A DNA stretch of 64,000 nt from Vicugna vicugna. Lineage: Eukaryota. The notes beneath the pieces are model-generated. The model had not been told where the DNA came from, did not search any database, and worked only from the letters and a program-made list of their open reading frames with translations. Where the stretch lies: NCBI GenBank assembly GCA_013265495.1, contig MU058844.1:3725895-3789894 (forward strand), written 5' to 3'. The translations under genes were made by a program, and so were the position numbers. Positions within the stretch are counted from its first letter, which is position 1; each line of letters starts with the position of its first letter. Below are positions 1 to 12,594 of this stretch, in pieces.

Positions 1-299
1 TACAGATAATGACCCAGGCCTAGACCACAGGGTTCTACAAGGAGTTTACAGTCTAGTGGGAAGTTGAGATAAGGAGATACTGTAATGGGGGCAGGACAAG
101 CCTGATGAAGTCACAAAGGAGGGGGAGCAAAGGGATTCTGTAACAACTTTTGGCATACAACTCATTCACAATCACAAAAACACTTATTTTGTGCTTTGCA
201 ATTTTCAAAGTGATTATGCATATCTTAATTTACTTGAATCTTTTATCAGCCTTGTGAATTCAATATTTTGGAGAACATTTCCTGGGTTAATTGTAGGAG

Positions 300-457
300 A
301 AGAGTCTCATAAAAATAAGATACATTTTATAATCTCAAATCATAAAGTTTAGTGGAGTTTTTGGTCCCAGATTTACATAAATGGAAGTTGAAGTTTAGAA
401 TTAAAGGACTGGCCAAAGTCACACAGCTGATGATACAAGAATGATAACAACCCCAGT
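300..457 (-). mobile_element. MIR SINE fragment
   Basis: MIR core-like text 'ccagatttacataaatggaagttgaagtttagaattaaaggactggccaaagtcacacagctg'. Confidence 0.55.
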
Positions 458-1532
458 CTAAAAACCATACAATCAATTATGTATGGTTTTTAGTCTGTTC
501 ATTACATATATGGTTCTAAAACTAGATGAAATCATACACTAACGGGCACAGAACCCCTGAGGTCCTTTCCTGACAGTAATATTAAAAAGTTGTATACTTG
601 GGTTTTAGAAACTCAGACATACCAAGATTATGCAGAAAAAGAATAAACAAGGTTCTCTGAATGTTGTCTCTGGCTCTGCAATGCCAGAATACATTACCCA
701 CATCCTGGTAAAGTAAAAAAAAATCTTTCTGAGTCTCCTTATTCAGCAAGCTTCCTCAACTAGGATGCCAAGGCATTTCACAGGGACATAAAAAGAACAA
801 AGGTGGGGCTATATCAGCCCTGGGGCAGGATGGCTGAAGTCACCCCTGAGTGCTTGGAGCCAAGGTTAATTGTCCAAATCCAAAGGCAAGCTCAGGTGAT
901 AGGCAGCGGGGCAGGCTGGGGTTAGTCACAGAACAGGCTGGGTGCTGGAGAATTAGAAATTTACTGTCATGAGAGAGGCTCAGTTCAAGAGCACCCAAAG
1001 TCAAAGAGTCAGGCCACAAAGGCCACAGGGAATGGGAATATAAAAAGTGGGTGAAGGATCAGGAGGGCAACACAGAAGGACAGATCCATATCAGGGTAAC
1101 TCGATCCCTGAATAGGCTTCCTGTTCCTACTTCTGAGGCTTTCTTCAACAATAGTTTGGCAGAGTCTGTCACAGCCAAGTTAGTCTAGACTGTACAGGTG
1201 AGAACCAGCAAAGGTTCACTGGCTGAAATGAGGCAGGAGTTAGCCTAGTGCTCATGAGTCAATTACAGGGAGATTTAGAATGGTAACAAAGGCACACAGG
1301 AGGCCAGCCTCAGAAGCATGTGTATACTGTTGAAGATTTGTACTTGGCCAAAACATCATGTTCTACTTCAAAGGAAAAACCCTTAAAAGGTGTTCATTTT
1401 CCAAAACGGTTCAGAGTAGATGACTAGTAAGTGGCTTTCAGTGAGGGGAAGGGGAGAAGAAGCCAAACTAATACCCTTTTCAGTGAATCAGAAACATATA
1501 CATCACACTGTCTTTGAAAAGCGTATAGATCT

Positions 1533-2002
1533 TGTCAACGAAAAATTAATCAGTTGACCTAATAAATAAATTGAAAATTTTATTTGAGTCTATTTGAGGA
1601 TTATAACCTGGGAAGAGCCCCTCAGAAAGCTCTGAGACCTGTTTCACCAGTTAGAAATCAGGGCACAGTTTTAAAAGTTTTCTGAGATGGGGGCCATACA
1701 TCAAATAACATCTAATTGACAGTTTCCATAATCCACACCTAAGCATCATCCTGGTGGGTCATGTGACCCCTTACAAACTCAAGAAGGAAAGTTATCTTTT
1801 AAGGAGCTGTCTTGTTGATGCTGGGAGAATGCTGCTCTTTAAGGCTGAGCAGGTATTCCTGCTGATGGGGGAGGTCTGGTCCATGTGTAATGTAGATACA
1901 CTATGCACAGTGTGGGGAGAGAGGAGGTCAAAGGGCAGAGAAGAATTTTTTTATGTTTAAATTTTCCCTTGTCTTGTCATAAAATATGAATTTTATTTCA
2001 CA
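1533..2002 (-). mobile_element. ERV1-class solo LTR (MER41-like, lineage-specific)
   Basis: 470 bp bounded by TG (1533) and CA (2002). 4-bp flanks atct/gtct fit an ERV1-type TSD with one mismatch. AATAAA lies on the minus strand near 1580. The layout resembles artiodactyl MER41-type LTRs. Confidence 0.7.
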
Positions 2003-2189
2003 GTCTGAAAATAAAAAGGCCAAAGCCTTTTAAAATCTTTTGAAAAACCCTAATATTTGGATTTTCATACCACTTCCCCAACTGGAAATTGGTTTGAGAT
2101 GTTGGAATAAAAATTGATTTGAGATTATTACCCCGAATTAAGAAAGATCTAAGAATGATGGGAACCCTTATATGATGCTTCAAGATGTG

Positions 2190-2340
2190 CCCAGCCACTC
2201 TTCTGAGCACCAAATATGTGCTCATTTAATTCTTTCAGCAACCCTACCAGTCCTATTATTATCATTATTTTACCTTTGAAGTAATTGAAGTATAGAGAAA
2301 TTAAGAGACACGCCCAAGATCACACAGCCTGAAGTTCATA
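2190..2340 (-). mobile_element. MIR SINE
   Basis: 'ctcatttaattctttcagcaaccctac...attattatcattattttacctttgaagtaattgaagtatagagaaattaagagacacgcccaagatcacacagc'. Confidence 0.7.
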
Positions 2341-2684
2341 GAATCCTGCAAAAGATGGATGTGGTAAAATATAATCCCATTTGTCCTCTTCTTTCTCTGC
2401 AGTCATGGGGCCAGGAGCATTTTGGAGGACTGTAATTCCAAATCTGTGCTTCAATGTAGCTAAGAGACTCTATTTTCTGTCCTGTGGTTAGCCTGAAATA
2501 TGGGCATACTTCATGGGTAAAACAGTGATGACTGTGCTGAGCAGTGAAATACTGTAAAACCTCTTAAGCTTTAGTGTCACAAATGCACAGATATATGTGT
2601 CAGGTAGAATAACCTCTGCTATTATTGTGCCCCATACTTTCTTCCCACTGTTACTGGGTTAGCATAAGGGTTGGAGTCATATTG

Positions 2685-2940
2685 CTGGGGTTAATTCCTA
2701 GCCAAACTTACTATTTACGCAATTTGGAAAGTTATTTATCCTACAAGGAACTGGTATTTCCTTTTCTCCACAGTGGGCATAATAATAGTCTCTACCTTAC
2801 AGGCTTGTCAGGGGACTTAGATATGATGTGTACTAAATACTTTGTACAAACAAGATCGGGCGCGTTCCGGGTGGTACGGCCATCTAAATGCTCTGTACAG
2901 GATGCGGCACTTGGTAGGTGCTCAGTACACGCTAGTTATT
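2685..2940 (+). mobile_element. MIR SINE
   Basis: 'gggttaattcctagccaaacttactatttac...aataatagtctctaccttacaggcttgtcagggg...cggcacttggtaggtgctcagtacacgctagttatt'. Confidence 0.7.
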
Positions 2941-3589
2941 GTGGTTGGTTTTTATTACTCTGAAGACGAAACCAGAGGAAATCTGGAGGGAAGGATCTTT
3001 TTTATCTCTGGCTCTCCCTCCTCCCTCTTTTAAAAATTCCACGCATGATGCAGTTAGCATTTAGACATTGTTAGGATGGGAAAGGTCAATGTAACCTTAT
3101 TTTCCTGTTTTGCCCATTTAAAAAAATGACAGTTTCTTACTGGATTAATGGGACTGCTGATCCAGGAGAGAAGGAGAGAAGAGGTGATGGATAGAAAGGA
3201 CACGCAAGAGGTAGGTATGGTGATTCACACCATTGAGCTAAGATATCAGGGTTGGGTGGTGGGATGGTGGGGGGGGTTCTGACTAAGAAAAGAGTAGGGA
3301 AGCAGTGATAGTAATCACTTGTTATAGGAACCTAGAGGAGCTGGCGGGATGTTGGGGATGGAATATGATGCTGGATAATTTTATAGGTAACAACATCTAC
3401 ATTGTAAGCACATAGTTTTGGGAACCATACTTCCTGACCAGAGTTTAACAGTGACTCATTTTTATACTGAATTCATGATGTAACACATATTTTAATATGT
3501 TTTCATGAGTTCTCCACAGGTAGTTAATTTTGTGGAATAGTATTAATTGGCATATTTCCTTCATCTTTCTTACCACTATTGGCAACATC

Positions 3590-4510
3590 AAGAAAATAGA
3601 AAAAGTACATTAAGGCATTTACTAGAAAATACTATGTTAAAAAAAAACTTACCTATATACCAGTAATATCTCATTAGAAAATATAATACAAAAAGAAAGA
3701 TCTCATTTAAAAATTGAAATAATGTTAAAAAGTCTCCGTAAGACTTTTGGGGAGAGAATTGCAAACCTTTTGTGAAAGATACAAAAACAAACAAACAAAC
3801 AAACAAAAAAACCACCAAATAAATAGGTTTGACCATTGAAGGATGGAGAAATACTCAATGTTTTTCAATGTCAATTCTCCTCCATATAATCTACATATTC
3901 AATGTAAACCTAGTCAAAATATAAAAAAGATTAAAAAATGGAATTCAACAGGATGACTCTACAAATTTTATGAGGGAAAATGTCCAAGAATAGCCAAGGC
4001 AATTTTAGAAAGGAAATACAGAGCAAGGACCTGCCAATAGCTCCCGATAGAAAAGAAAATAAAGTTGTATTCATTGAAACAATGCATTGTTGATGCAGGA
4101 ATAGCCAAGTAGGTCAATGAAACAGAATAGAGGTTAGAAATAAAAGTGTGTTATATACAAATTTGGTATTTTATGGCTCTGGTGTTTAGATTAGAGTCGA
4201 AAGGATGGGTTATTCAATAAATCGGCCCTCCATTTGGAAAAAACCAGACTTCTATCTCAGTTGGATGAAAGACATAAATACTAAAACTATTTAACAAAAG
4301 AAAATTTTTTAGTGTAGGAAAGACATTCATGAAAGCAAAGATCACAAAGGAAAATACTGATAAATTCCATTAATCATAACTTATAAACTATGTACCACAA
4401 TCAATAAAAAGTTAGAAAGTAGCTAGTAGATTGGAAGAAAATATATTTACCACACGTAACAGACTGAAGATTCATATTAGGAAGACATTCTTACAAGAGA
4501 AATAAATGAC
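3590..4510 (+). mobile_element. Old L1M ORF2 fragment (degenerate)
   Basis: Degenerate L1 ORF2 text: 'aatgtcaattctcc', 'ccaagaatagccaaggcaattttagaaagg', 'caatgaaacagaatagag', 'ggatgggttattcaataaat'. Confidence 0.75.
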
Positions 4511-5327
4511 ATAAAAAAAAAGGGGGGCCATCTTCCCTACTCCAGCTTTCCATTTATATAGTTGGTATTCAGCATGAAAGAATGATTTAATGAAAACATC
4601 TCTTTCAATATTTCTTTAAAATTAAAATTCAGAGAAAAATTACTTTTAAGTTATCAAACCAGCATATGTAAATTTCATGAGAGACTACTTTTTAATAATA
4701 TAACTTAGAAATAATAGAATGCATATTTATAGTTTTTCCATTTGTGGAATTTAATTATGGTTCATATATGAGGGTTGGCGGTAAGTTCTATAAACAACCT
4801 TGAGTCTGAATTGGAGAATTAGGATGAGGGTTAGGGTCAACATTAGAGTGCCTTTTATCTTTCATTTCTTTTATTGTCTGGAGTTTCAGTAAAATGGATT
4901 TAAAACATGTATTTTAAATCTGCAATAGTTCAAATATTCAATGTCTGTTCTACATCAGAAGGGATATCAGACTATGTGCCCTGAGCTCTGGGTCAGAAAA
5001 ATCTCATTATGATAGGTATGGAAATAAATACATTAACTAGATTTTCCCAAATTGCCTCTTCTCCGTGCATGAGAAAATGCACATTAACGCCCAGACACTC
5101 TTGCTGTATGCCCAATAACACTATGTTAAATGCAAGTCAAGACTATCAGCCTGTTTGCGCTCATGGTGGAGTCCCTATATTTTGGGTCAGGTTTGCCAGC
5201 CTGTGATCTGAAGGCCACTAAGGTGGAAGGACGGGACCTGATTTGCACACGACCTCCTATGTTCTCTCTTCTTTCTCCTTTATGTTTTTCCTCCTCTCTT
5301 TATCTTTTCCTTTTCTTTTTTTTTTTC

Positions 5328-5553
5328 TTAAATTGACTTTATTTTTAGAGCAGTTTTAGGTTCATAGCAAAATTGAGTGGAAGGTCCAGAGATTTCCCAT
5401 ATACTCCCTATCTCAACACATGCGTAGTCTCCCCTGTCATCTCCCACTGGAGTGGTCCATTTGTTACAATCAATGAACCTATATTGACACATCATAATCA
5501 CTCAAAGTCCATAGTTTACATTGGGGTTCACTCTTGCTGTTGTACAGTCTATG
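5328..5553 (-). mobile_element. L1MC-type 3' end
   Basis: 'gactttatttttagagcagttttaggttcatagcaaaattgag...tccatagtttacattggggttcactcttgctgttgtacagtctatgg', preceded by a T-tract (reverse poly-A). Confidence 0.85.
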
Positions 5554-6295
5554 GCTTGTTTCCTTTTAAAAAGTTCTCTCTTGCTTTATGCCTTATACCT
5601 GATGGCTGAAAGCTTGGCAGACCCTGGCCCTTATCTGTGTCGGGTGCCCAGGGTCACAGACTTCTTACAAGGCCGTCATGCTCATGTATGATCCCATTCT
5701 GACCCTCTTGGGAGGTCCCTCATGGGAAATACTTGTATTTTGCCACTGCTATCCCCTGAGTGCAGCTTCTCAACACCTTGAATTATGGAAACTCTAAGAA
5801 ACATATTCACTTATTCCTTAAATATCTATTGACAATTGGGGGCTGAGGATATAATAGAAAAACAACAGAGTCCTTGACCAAATAGAGAACATCCTAGTGT
5901 GCAGCCTGCTAAGTAAACAAGCAATTAACACTGCAGAATGATCAGCACTAGAGGGTCCTTAGTGGTCCCTGCTGGCTCAACCCATTTGGAAAATAACTGC
6001 AAAATTAATAAAACACTAGCATATTATTAATCAACTATACAATTAAAAAATAAAACAAAGCACAACAATGAGTGCCAATGCCATGGTCCACACAAGGGGG
6101 ATTTGGAGGCCAAGGTGACCTGTCTAAATGTCAGCATAACCATAACTGAGTACAGTCACCTTCTGCATCAGCCAGGTATTACAAGTTCACTAATAAGGAG
6201 CTTCTTAGGAATTAGAGTTTTTCCCCAGGAGAACATGATGGAAAAGCATCTATGATCAGAATAAGTGGTTTCAGGAACACCCACATAGTAAGCCT

Positions 6296-6332
6296 GTGTG
6301 TGTCTAAGTGTGTGTGTGTGTGTGTGTGTGTG
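6296..6332. repeat. (TG)n microsatellite
   Basis: Interrupted (TG)n run read directly from the sequence. Confidence 0.95.
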
Positions 6333-7999
6333 CAGGCAGGGAGCTTAAAGGGAACAGCAGTGATTACAAGTGTGGGTATGGTACATCCATATATTCAAGC
6401 TTTTTCTAGGACAGTCTTAATTTTATTATTTTCTAATAAAATTATTTAATTCTCAATAAATGTACTTATATAACATACATAATCTCTCTATAAAACTGCA
6501 TTTGCCAATTTACAAAGATTTTAATCAGTTTACTTGTTTTGCCTTTTAACTCGGGAAATACCATAACTGTGCTATGGCTACTGTCATCTAAGAGCAGATA
6601 ATGTTCCATCTCAGGAGGGTTGGGCACCCCCATAAAATGAAACCTTTGTTCTGGGATCTGGCAGTTTTTCAGCAGAGGTAGCTTACTGCAGCTGCAGTTT
6701 CGTCTCCCACTCTCTGTGTCAGAGCGTGGACCACCCCAGGAGCCCCAACCCAGTGCTCCATCTTTCTCTGAGATAGCTTTGCCCCATCTTCTCTCAAGTC
6801 ACCCTCCTTTTATTTCTCCCTTTTCCGGGCAAAGTGTGGGAGTAAGAAATTAGAAAATGCACCATTTTTCCAGAGGCCGAGTGGTGACTAGGGGATGTTT
6901 TTGTTTAAACCTCACTAATCTATTCCAAACAGGTGGCTTGAGGCTTTCTCTCCCACATCCCTATCCAACCCTCAACCCTGTCCTGCTCTAGTTTGTGTTT
7001 ATTGTCACAAATTGTCTGGCTTCTTTCTCTTCTTTCCCCCATTTAAAAAGATATCCACATCCCCAAAAGAAAGGACCTGAGAAAGCCCTATGGTAGGTGT
7101 AGAGGGTGCTGATAAGTCTTGAAAGGTCTTATTTGAGACAGACCCGAAAACAGGGTAGTCACAATCTGGGGGAGATTTGCAATAGTGAGAAGACTGAAAT
7201 CTGGAGAGAGGGAGAAGAGTGACAGCAACAGGGAGACAGATGATCTGAGGGCAGCTACACAAGCTGTTCACGCCTGCGGGATGGACGGGGAAAGATGGCT
7301 GGGGGTTCAATATTGATTTTCAAGTCAGTGCAATGACTCTTCTGCAGAGAATAAGGAGCATGATGAAGAAACAAAGGTCAAAGTTGTTCCCTAGAGACAA
7401 ACTGAGAAGAAAACCATCCATCCTCTTTGGCTATAATCATTTCCAGAAGTTTTGTCTTTTCTTTTTTTTTCTTTTCCTTTTCTTTTCTCAACCAATCTAC
7501 AACAAACTAACCCATGAAGGCATAATTTCATTGTGTGCCTCCATTTGTCATTATATTCTGGAGTGCCAAGAGGAAGGCTTGGTGACTCCCCCCCAAATTT
7601 GGATTGTCTGCTCAATCAGGGAGCACATTTCTTTTCATGTCACTGATGAACTGACAAAGGGCATTTTCTGGTTTATAGGCTGCCTGTGTCAAGGAAATGA
7701 GGGTGGTCGCTTATGATTTAGAGCTGAGTCTGGAAACTGCGGTAACCAGGCTGACACTTTCCCCACAAGCTGGGCCCTTCAAGAGGGCTAGGAAGAAGAG
7801 CTGCTGGAGCTCATTCTGGAGAGAGAGGGTACCTCCCAGGAGGGTCCTAGCAGAATGGAGAAAAGTCATTCTACTTTTCTTCCTAACCACAGCTTTAGCT
7901 GTTTTGGTCTCCTCTCCTCTCATTTTGCCATCTCCTTCCCTTGGTGACACAGCATTGATGAAAGGTAACAGAAGGAAGGATTACACAGAAAGCAAAGAG

Positions 8000-8190
8000 A
8001 CCCAGCACATATCTTACTGTGTGTAATCCTCAAAACAATGCTGGTGGGGTATTACACCTTTCCCCCATTGTCTTGATAAGGAAACTAAGCTCAGAGAGTT
8101 AAGTGATGGACCTGGGGTCACTCAGCCAGCAGGGAGCAGAGGCAGCATAATAACCCAAGTATCTCACTTCCAGTGCAGAGTTTTCCAGTA
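8000..8190 (-). mobile_element. MIR SINE
   Basis: 'aatcctcaaaacaatg...gataaggaaactaagctcagagagttaagtgatggacctggggtcactcagcc'. Confidence 0.8.
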
Positions 8191-8514
8191 TATTGCCATA
8201 CAACTCTTGCATGTGACTTTACAAATTTCTTGGCAATCTAGACCATATCGGTTTGTATGCTCCTTGTATTTCAGACAGCTCCCAAGAAAATTTCAAAAAA
8301 CAAGAAAAACTTATAAGGGTAAAAGAACTAAGCTTACAGAATCCCATACATTCACTATTCTTATCACCAAACAGCAAATAAAGACATAGGAGCTTGTCAT
8401 TCACGTAGGTCAAATCACAAACTGCGGTCAAAATTTAAAAGAAAAAGAAAGGAATGGAAAAGAGAAGATACAAGTCAAGAAGGGGTGGGATGGGGTGGCG
8501 AGATTATGGAAATT

Positions 8515-8725
8515 TGAGAATTCTGGTTCTGGAACCTGATTACCTGGGTTTTAAACCCAGCCTCATTGCTTTCTAACTATGTGGCCTTAGGCAAGTTGGC
8601 TCATGTCTATAAGTCTCAGTGTTTTCATCTGTAAACTGATGGTAACAGTAGTATTTACATCGTGGGTATTAGATGAGATAACCCTTGCAGACGTAAGCGG
8701 ACTCTGTATAAATGATAGCTATAAT
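8515..8725 (+). mobile_element. MIR SINE
   Basis: 'ctgggttttaaacccagcctcattgctttctaactatgtggccttaggcaagttggctcatgtctataagtctcagtgttttcatctgtaaa'. Confidence 0.85.
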
Positions 8726-9859
8726 GATTTTTATACAAAGGAGCAGGCAGGCTCTGGTGTGAAAGCCTGAATCCCTCTTCTCCATCTGGGGTGCATTCGC
8801 GGTCTTACAGGCAAGTTCTAACGACTTCCTTTCTGGAAGGGGAGAAAGTCATAGAAGGAATTTCTTGGCCTTTAATGGAAATAGGAAAAAATGTCAAATG
8901 GACATATGTCCAATTTGCTTCCTGCAAAACAGGCGATGCCCTGGGATGGAGGAAAGATAGTAGAAAGATAAAAAGAAAGTTCTTTCGTCATCCCACCCCT
9001 CTCTCCATTCACCATAGCTCCATGGGGAGAAAGGAGGTTTCTGGCTGCCACTGTGACCACAGGATCCTCTGGAGCCCAACAGTTGCAGCCTGCGGATCCC
9101 AAACGGTCCTCCCTTTGCCTCCGGTTGTGTGAGCGAAGTCCCGGCCATCTGTGGCTTGCCTGCTGGCCGGGGTCTATTTTGCCCTCAGCCTGGTGCAGGT
9201 TAACCTCGACGCCTAGGAGGCAGCTGCTGTTCAAGAGTCTGGGGAGGGCAGGGGTCCCCAAACAGCCTTCCTGTCCCAGGACCAGGAGGGTTTGAGAGGC
9301 AGGTCCGAGCTTAAGCCTGCCCTTCCATTGTCTGTCTGCTCGCCTGCGACATCTCTCGCCCCGCTAGGCAGCTGTGTGCCTGCTCTTGTGAAGAGAAAAA
9401 AGTGGAGCCTAAAAGCAAACTCCAAAGAATGATTTCTTCTTGTTCTTAAGATCAGCTGAATGCACCCCAGGAAGCTGATGAATTATTCATTAAGCCTAAT
9501 GGGGCAGTCACAAGGGAGCATTGCTGAGATGCAATTAAGCGGTGCTTTAATTTGAGAAATATTTATCGGGATGTAGCGTATAACATTCATTCACATCTAT
9601 GTGAAAAACAATTTTATGGTAAATAAAGAGAAGAAATACCAGAGTGGTTTGCAGAAAAGAAGCTGATTCTATGAGCAGATTTCCTTGGCGGCTGCCGCTG
9701 GCTCTTGCCCAGCATCCTGATGTACAAGATCGATTTTCAGCAGAACAGCAACAGGTAACGTTCGTCGAGGATTTGCTCTGGTCTAGAACTGTATTAAAGC
9801 ACCGTTTGCACCTGTATCACTGAATATTTACCCTCACCCCAACGTCATGAAGCTGTCTG

Positions 9860-10280
9860 AATCTTTTCCACAAGACCTCCCGCTGGTTCATTGCATTGTA
9901 TTGATGGTATTATGCTGATTGGACCTCGTGAGGAGGAAGTAGCAGCTCTTCTAGCCATTTGGTAAGACACTTGTCTGCTAGGAGGTGGGAAATAACTCCC
10001 ACAAAAATTCAGGGGTATCCCATCTCAAGGAAATTTCTGGGTTTACAGTGGTCTGAGCCACGTCAGGTTATCCCTTTTAAGGTTAAATTCTCCATTTCTA
10101 CAACTGAAAAAGTGACTTATCACAGGCCTCTTTGGATTAACGCAGGCAAAGTATACCTCATATGCGTGTGCTCCATCAACTGAGAAAGCTGCTAGTTTTG
10201 AGCGGGACCCAGAACAAGGAAGGGTTCTCCAACTGGTCCAGACTTCTGTGGGAGCTGCTCTGCCACTGTCTCCCCAGCTA
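9860..10280 (+). mobile_element. ERVL (class III endogenous retrovirus) pol / reverse transcriptase remnant
   Basis: Translation 'IDGIMLIGPREEEVA / VRHLSARRWEITPTKIQG..KFLGLQW / RKAASFERDPEQGRVLQLVQTSVGAALPL' matches the HERVL/MERVL RT region from the YIDD motif (here degenerate, IDG) into the thumb/connection region. Frameshifted. Confidence 0.85.
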
Positions 10281-10411
10281 GGACACAAATTCCATGATGT
10301 GTTTGTTCTCCACGGGAGAGATTTTTCTATATTACCACTACTGTTTTCCTAGGACCTCAAACATTACCCAGCAAAAAGGAAACACTCAAAGAAAGTTACG
10401 TGTGGAGTAAA

Positions 10412-10550
10412 TGAACACCCTTTGAGGTAGCTACTATTATTCTCATTTTAGTGATAGGGAGACAGAGATTTTGAGAAGTCAAGTTTACTCAAGATTGTGT
10501 AGAGTGAATGACAGAACCAGAAACCAAACTCAGTCTGGTTGGATTCAGTA
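10412..10550 (-). mobile_element. MIR SINE (core half)
   Basis: 'gaggtagctactattattctcattttagtgatagggagacagagattttgagaagtcaagtttactcaag'. Confidence 0.7.
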
Positions 10551-11889
10551 GGACTCTGATGTTCCTCTGGGGAGCAAAGAGAAGCCCCCACATCTTCCTT
10601 GAGATCATTTATTTACTCAGCTCAGGCTCTGAGTCCATCTTCCCTGGCTCTTGTGTAGCTCCTGAGTAAAAGGCATAAACAGAGCAAAATCTGGGATTCT
10701 CCCCACAATCCATCTGCCCTGCAGAGGGTGCTCTAGGCAAATCTGGAAACTCAACGACATCATTCATGAACTCCCTTTCTATGTCCTTCTTGCTCATCTT
10801 TTTTTGCACCCTGGGCTCCATTTATGAGTTGCTTGGTTCTTAACATAGGTAGGAATTTCCCCTGTTGTATGGTTTTCTTTCTAATCTATTAACTTTCATT
10901 GAATTCATTAACTTTCTAATCTATTAACTTTCATCTTCATGTGCCTGGTACAGTGCTAGATATTTCCCAGGCATTTTAATTTAATCAATGCGCATCCAAA
11001 TTGGTCCTAATATTAGGGGGAAACTTGTAGTATTTCCCAAACCATGGTGTAATGAACAATATTAAACAAGGGCTCTGCCCTGCCTGGAGAAATCTGAATA
11101 TTAAGGTAATTTGTGAATATTCACCCATACATCACACAGATCCAACTCATAACCAAACAGATAGTAAAGAATATGGTGGTTACTTTGGCTAAGAAAGACA
11201 GTCTCTGTCTCTCTTGCTCCCTGACCCCCATTATTTTCATTTACTTTAAAATTCAGGCTTGGGGCACAAGTAACCAGTGGTGATCCTCTATACAAATCAG
11301 ACTTGTTAGAGGAGCTAGCCTGAGTCCAAAGCTCACATCCATTTCACCATATCTCACTGTCTCAGAGCGACACCTTGATACAAAGATGAGTTCAAGTGCA
11401 TACGAGAAAAAATTGAGTGGATTATGGGATGATCTAAAGCTAACTGAATATTTTTCAGAATTTGGTGTCCATCACCAGAAGAGCCAGTTAAAAATTCAAT
11501 TGCTTCGAACTCACCCCTAGACATTTTGCTTCATTGTGTCTAGAATGGGTCCTAGATCTCCTAGGTAATTCTGATGCACCCTGAAGTCTTAAATGTTCAT
11601 TCCTGAGAGTTCATTGGCAAATTCTTTTTCAAGGATCAGAGTAGCAGTTCCTAATTCTGATAGATTTGATGCAGCTGGATCCACTAATATGAAAACAACA
11701 TATTCTATTGATTAAAAATAAACTAGTTTCCTCGATTTGTTACAGGAATGCGGTATGGGGGGCATGGTGGGGAGATTTGGGGGATTTTCTGAGGAGGTAG
11801 GACTTCAGCTCTTGTGTTCTCCTGCTCTGGCAGGTTCTTGACTGCTCCCTCTCCAATCCCCAGGGATCTCCTTTCTCTGAAAACCTACA

Positions 11890-12080
11890 TCCATGGCTTT
11901 CAAAATGTGGTAACTGGAAGAGCAGCCTGAGCATCACCTAGAAACAGATGAGAAATATAAATTCCTCAACCTCACCCCAGATATACTGAATTAGAGATGC
12001 TGGAGATGCAGCCCAGCTGTATATGTTTTAAGGAGCCTTCCAAGTGATTTGAAATTATGCTAAATATGCTGAACCACTAG
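11890..12080. mobile_element. MER5A-like hAT-Charlie MITE
   Basis: 'agcagcctgagcatcacctagaaacagatgagaaatataaattcctcaacctcaccccagatatactgaattagagatgctgg...ccttccaagtgatt'. Confidence 0.8.
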
Positions 12081-12116
12081 CTTGCATTATTTCCTACCAA
12101 GCCACCCATTTGGCAT

Positions 12117-12594
12117 TGCATTAGTTTCCTAGGGCTGCCATGACACAGCACCATAAACTGCATGTCTTAAACAACAGAAATCTGTTGTTTTAGCTCTGGA
12201 GGCTAGTAATCCAACATCAAGATGCCTTAGGGTTGGTTCCTTCTGAAGGCGAGAGAGAATCTGTCCCATGTTTCTTCCCTAGTGTCTAGAGGTTTACTGG
12301 CAATCTTTGGCAATCTTTGGCATTCTTTGGCTTGTAGAAGCATCGCTCAGATCTCTGCCTTCATCTTCACATAGTGTTCTCCCTACTTGTGAATTTATGT
12401 CCAAATTTCCCCTTTTCATAAGGACACCAGTTACACTGGATAAGAGGTCTACCCTACTCCAGGATGAATTCATCTTAACGTAACTAGTTCCATCTGCAAT
12501 GACCCTATATTCAAATAAGGTCACTTTCTGAGATATTAGCGGTTAGGAGCTCAACATACGAATTTTGAGAGGGACACAATTCAACCCATCAGCC
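12117..12594 (-). mobile_element. MLT1B/C-type MaLR solo LTR
   Basis: 'tgcattagtttcctagggctgccatgacacagcaccataaactg...cttaaacaacagaaat...gaccctatattcaaataaggtcac...gggacacaattcaaccc'. Confidence 0.9.

Noticed and set aside
1533..2002. MER41-like LTR as an interferon-inducible (STAT1/GAS) enhancer
   Set aside because: I saw no clear TTCNNNGAA GAS motif in this copy, and the family assignment itself is tentative.
9959..10183. ORF with RT similarity as a functional or domesticated reverse transcriptase
   Set aside because: It is short and frameshifted, the catalytic YxDD motif is degenerate, and it has internal deletions.
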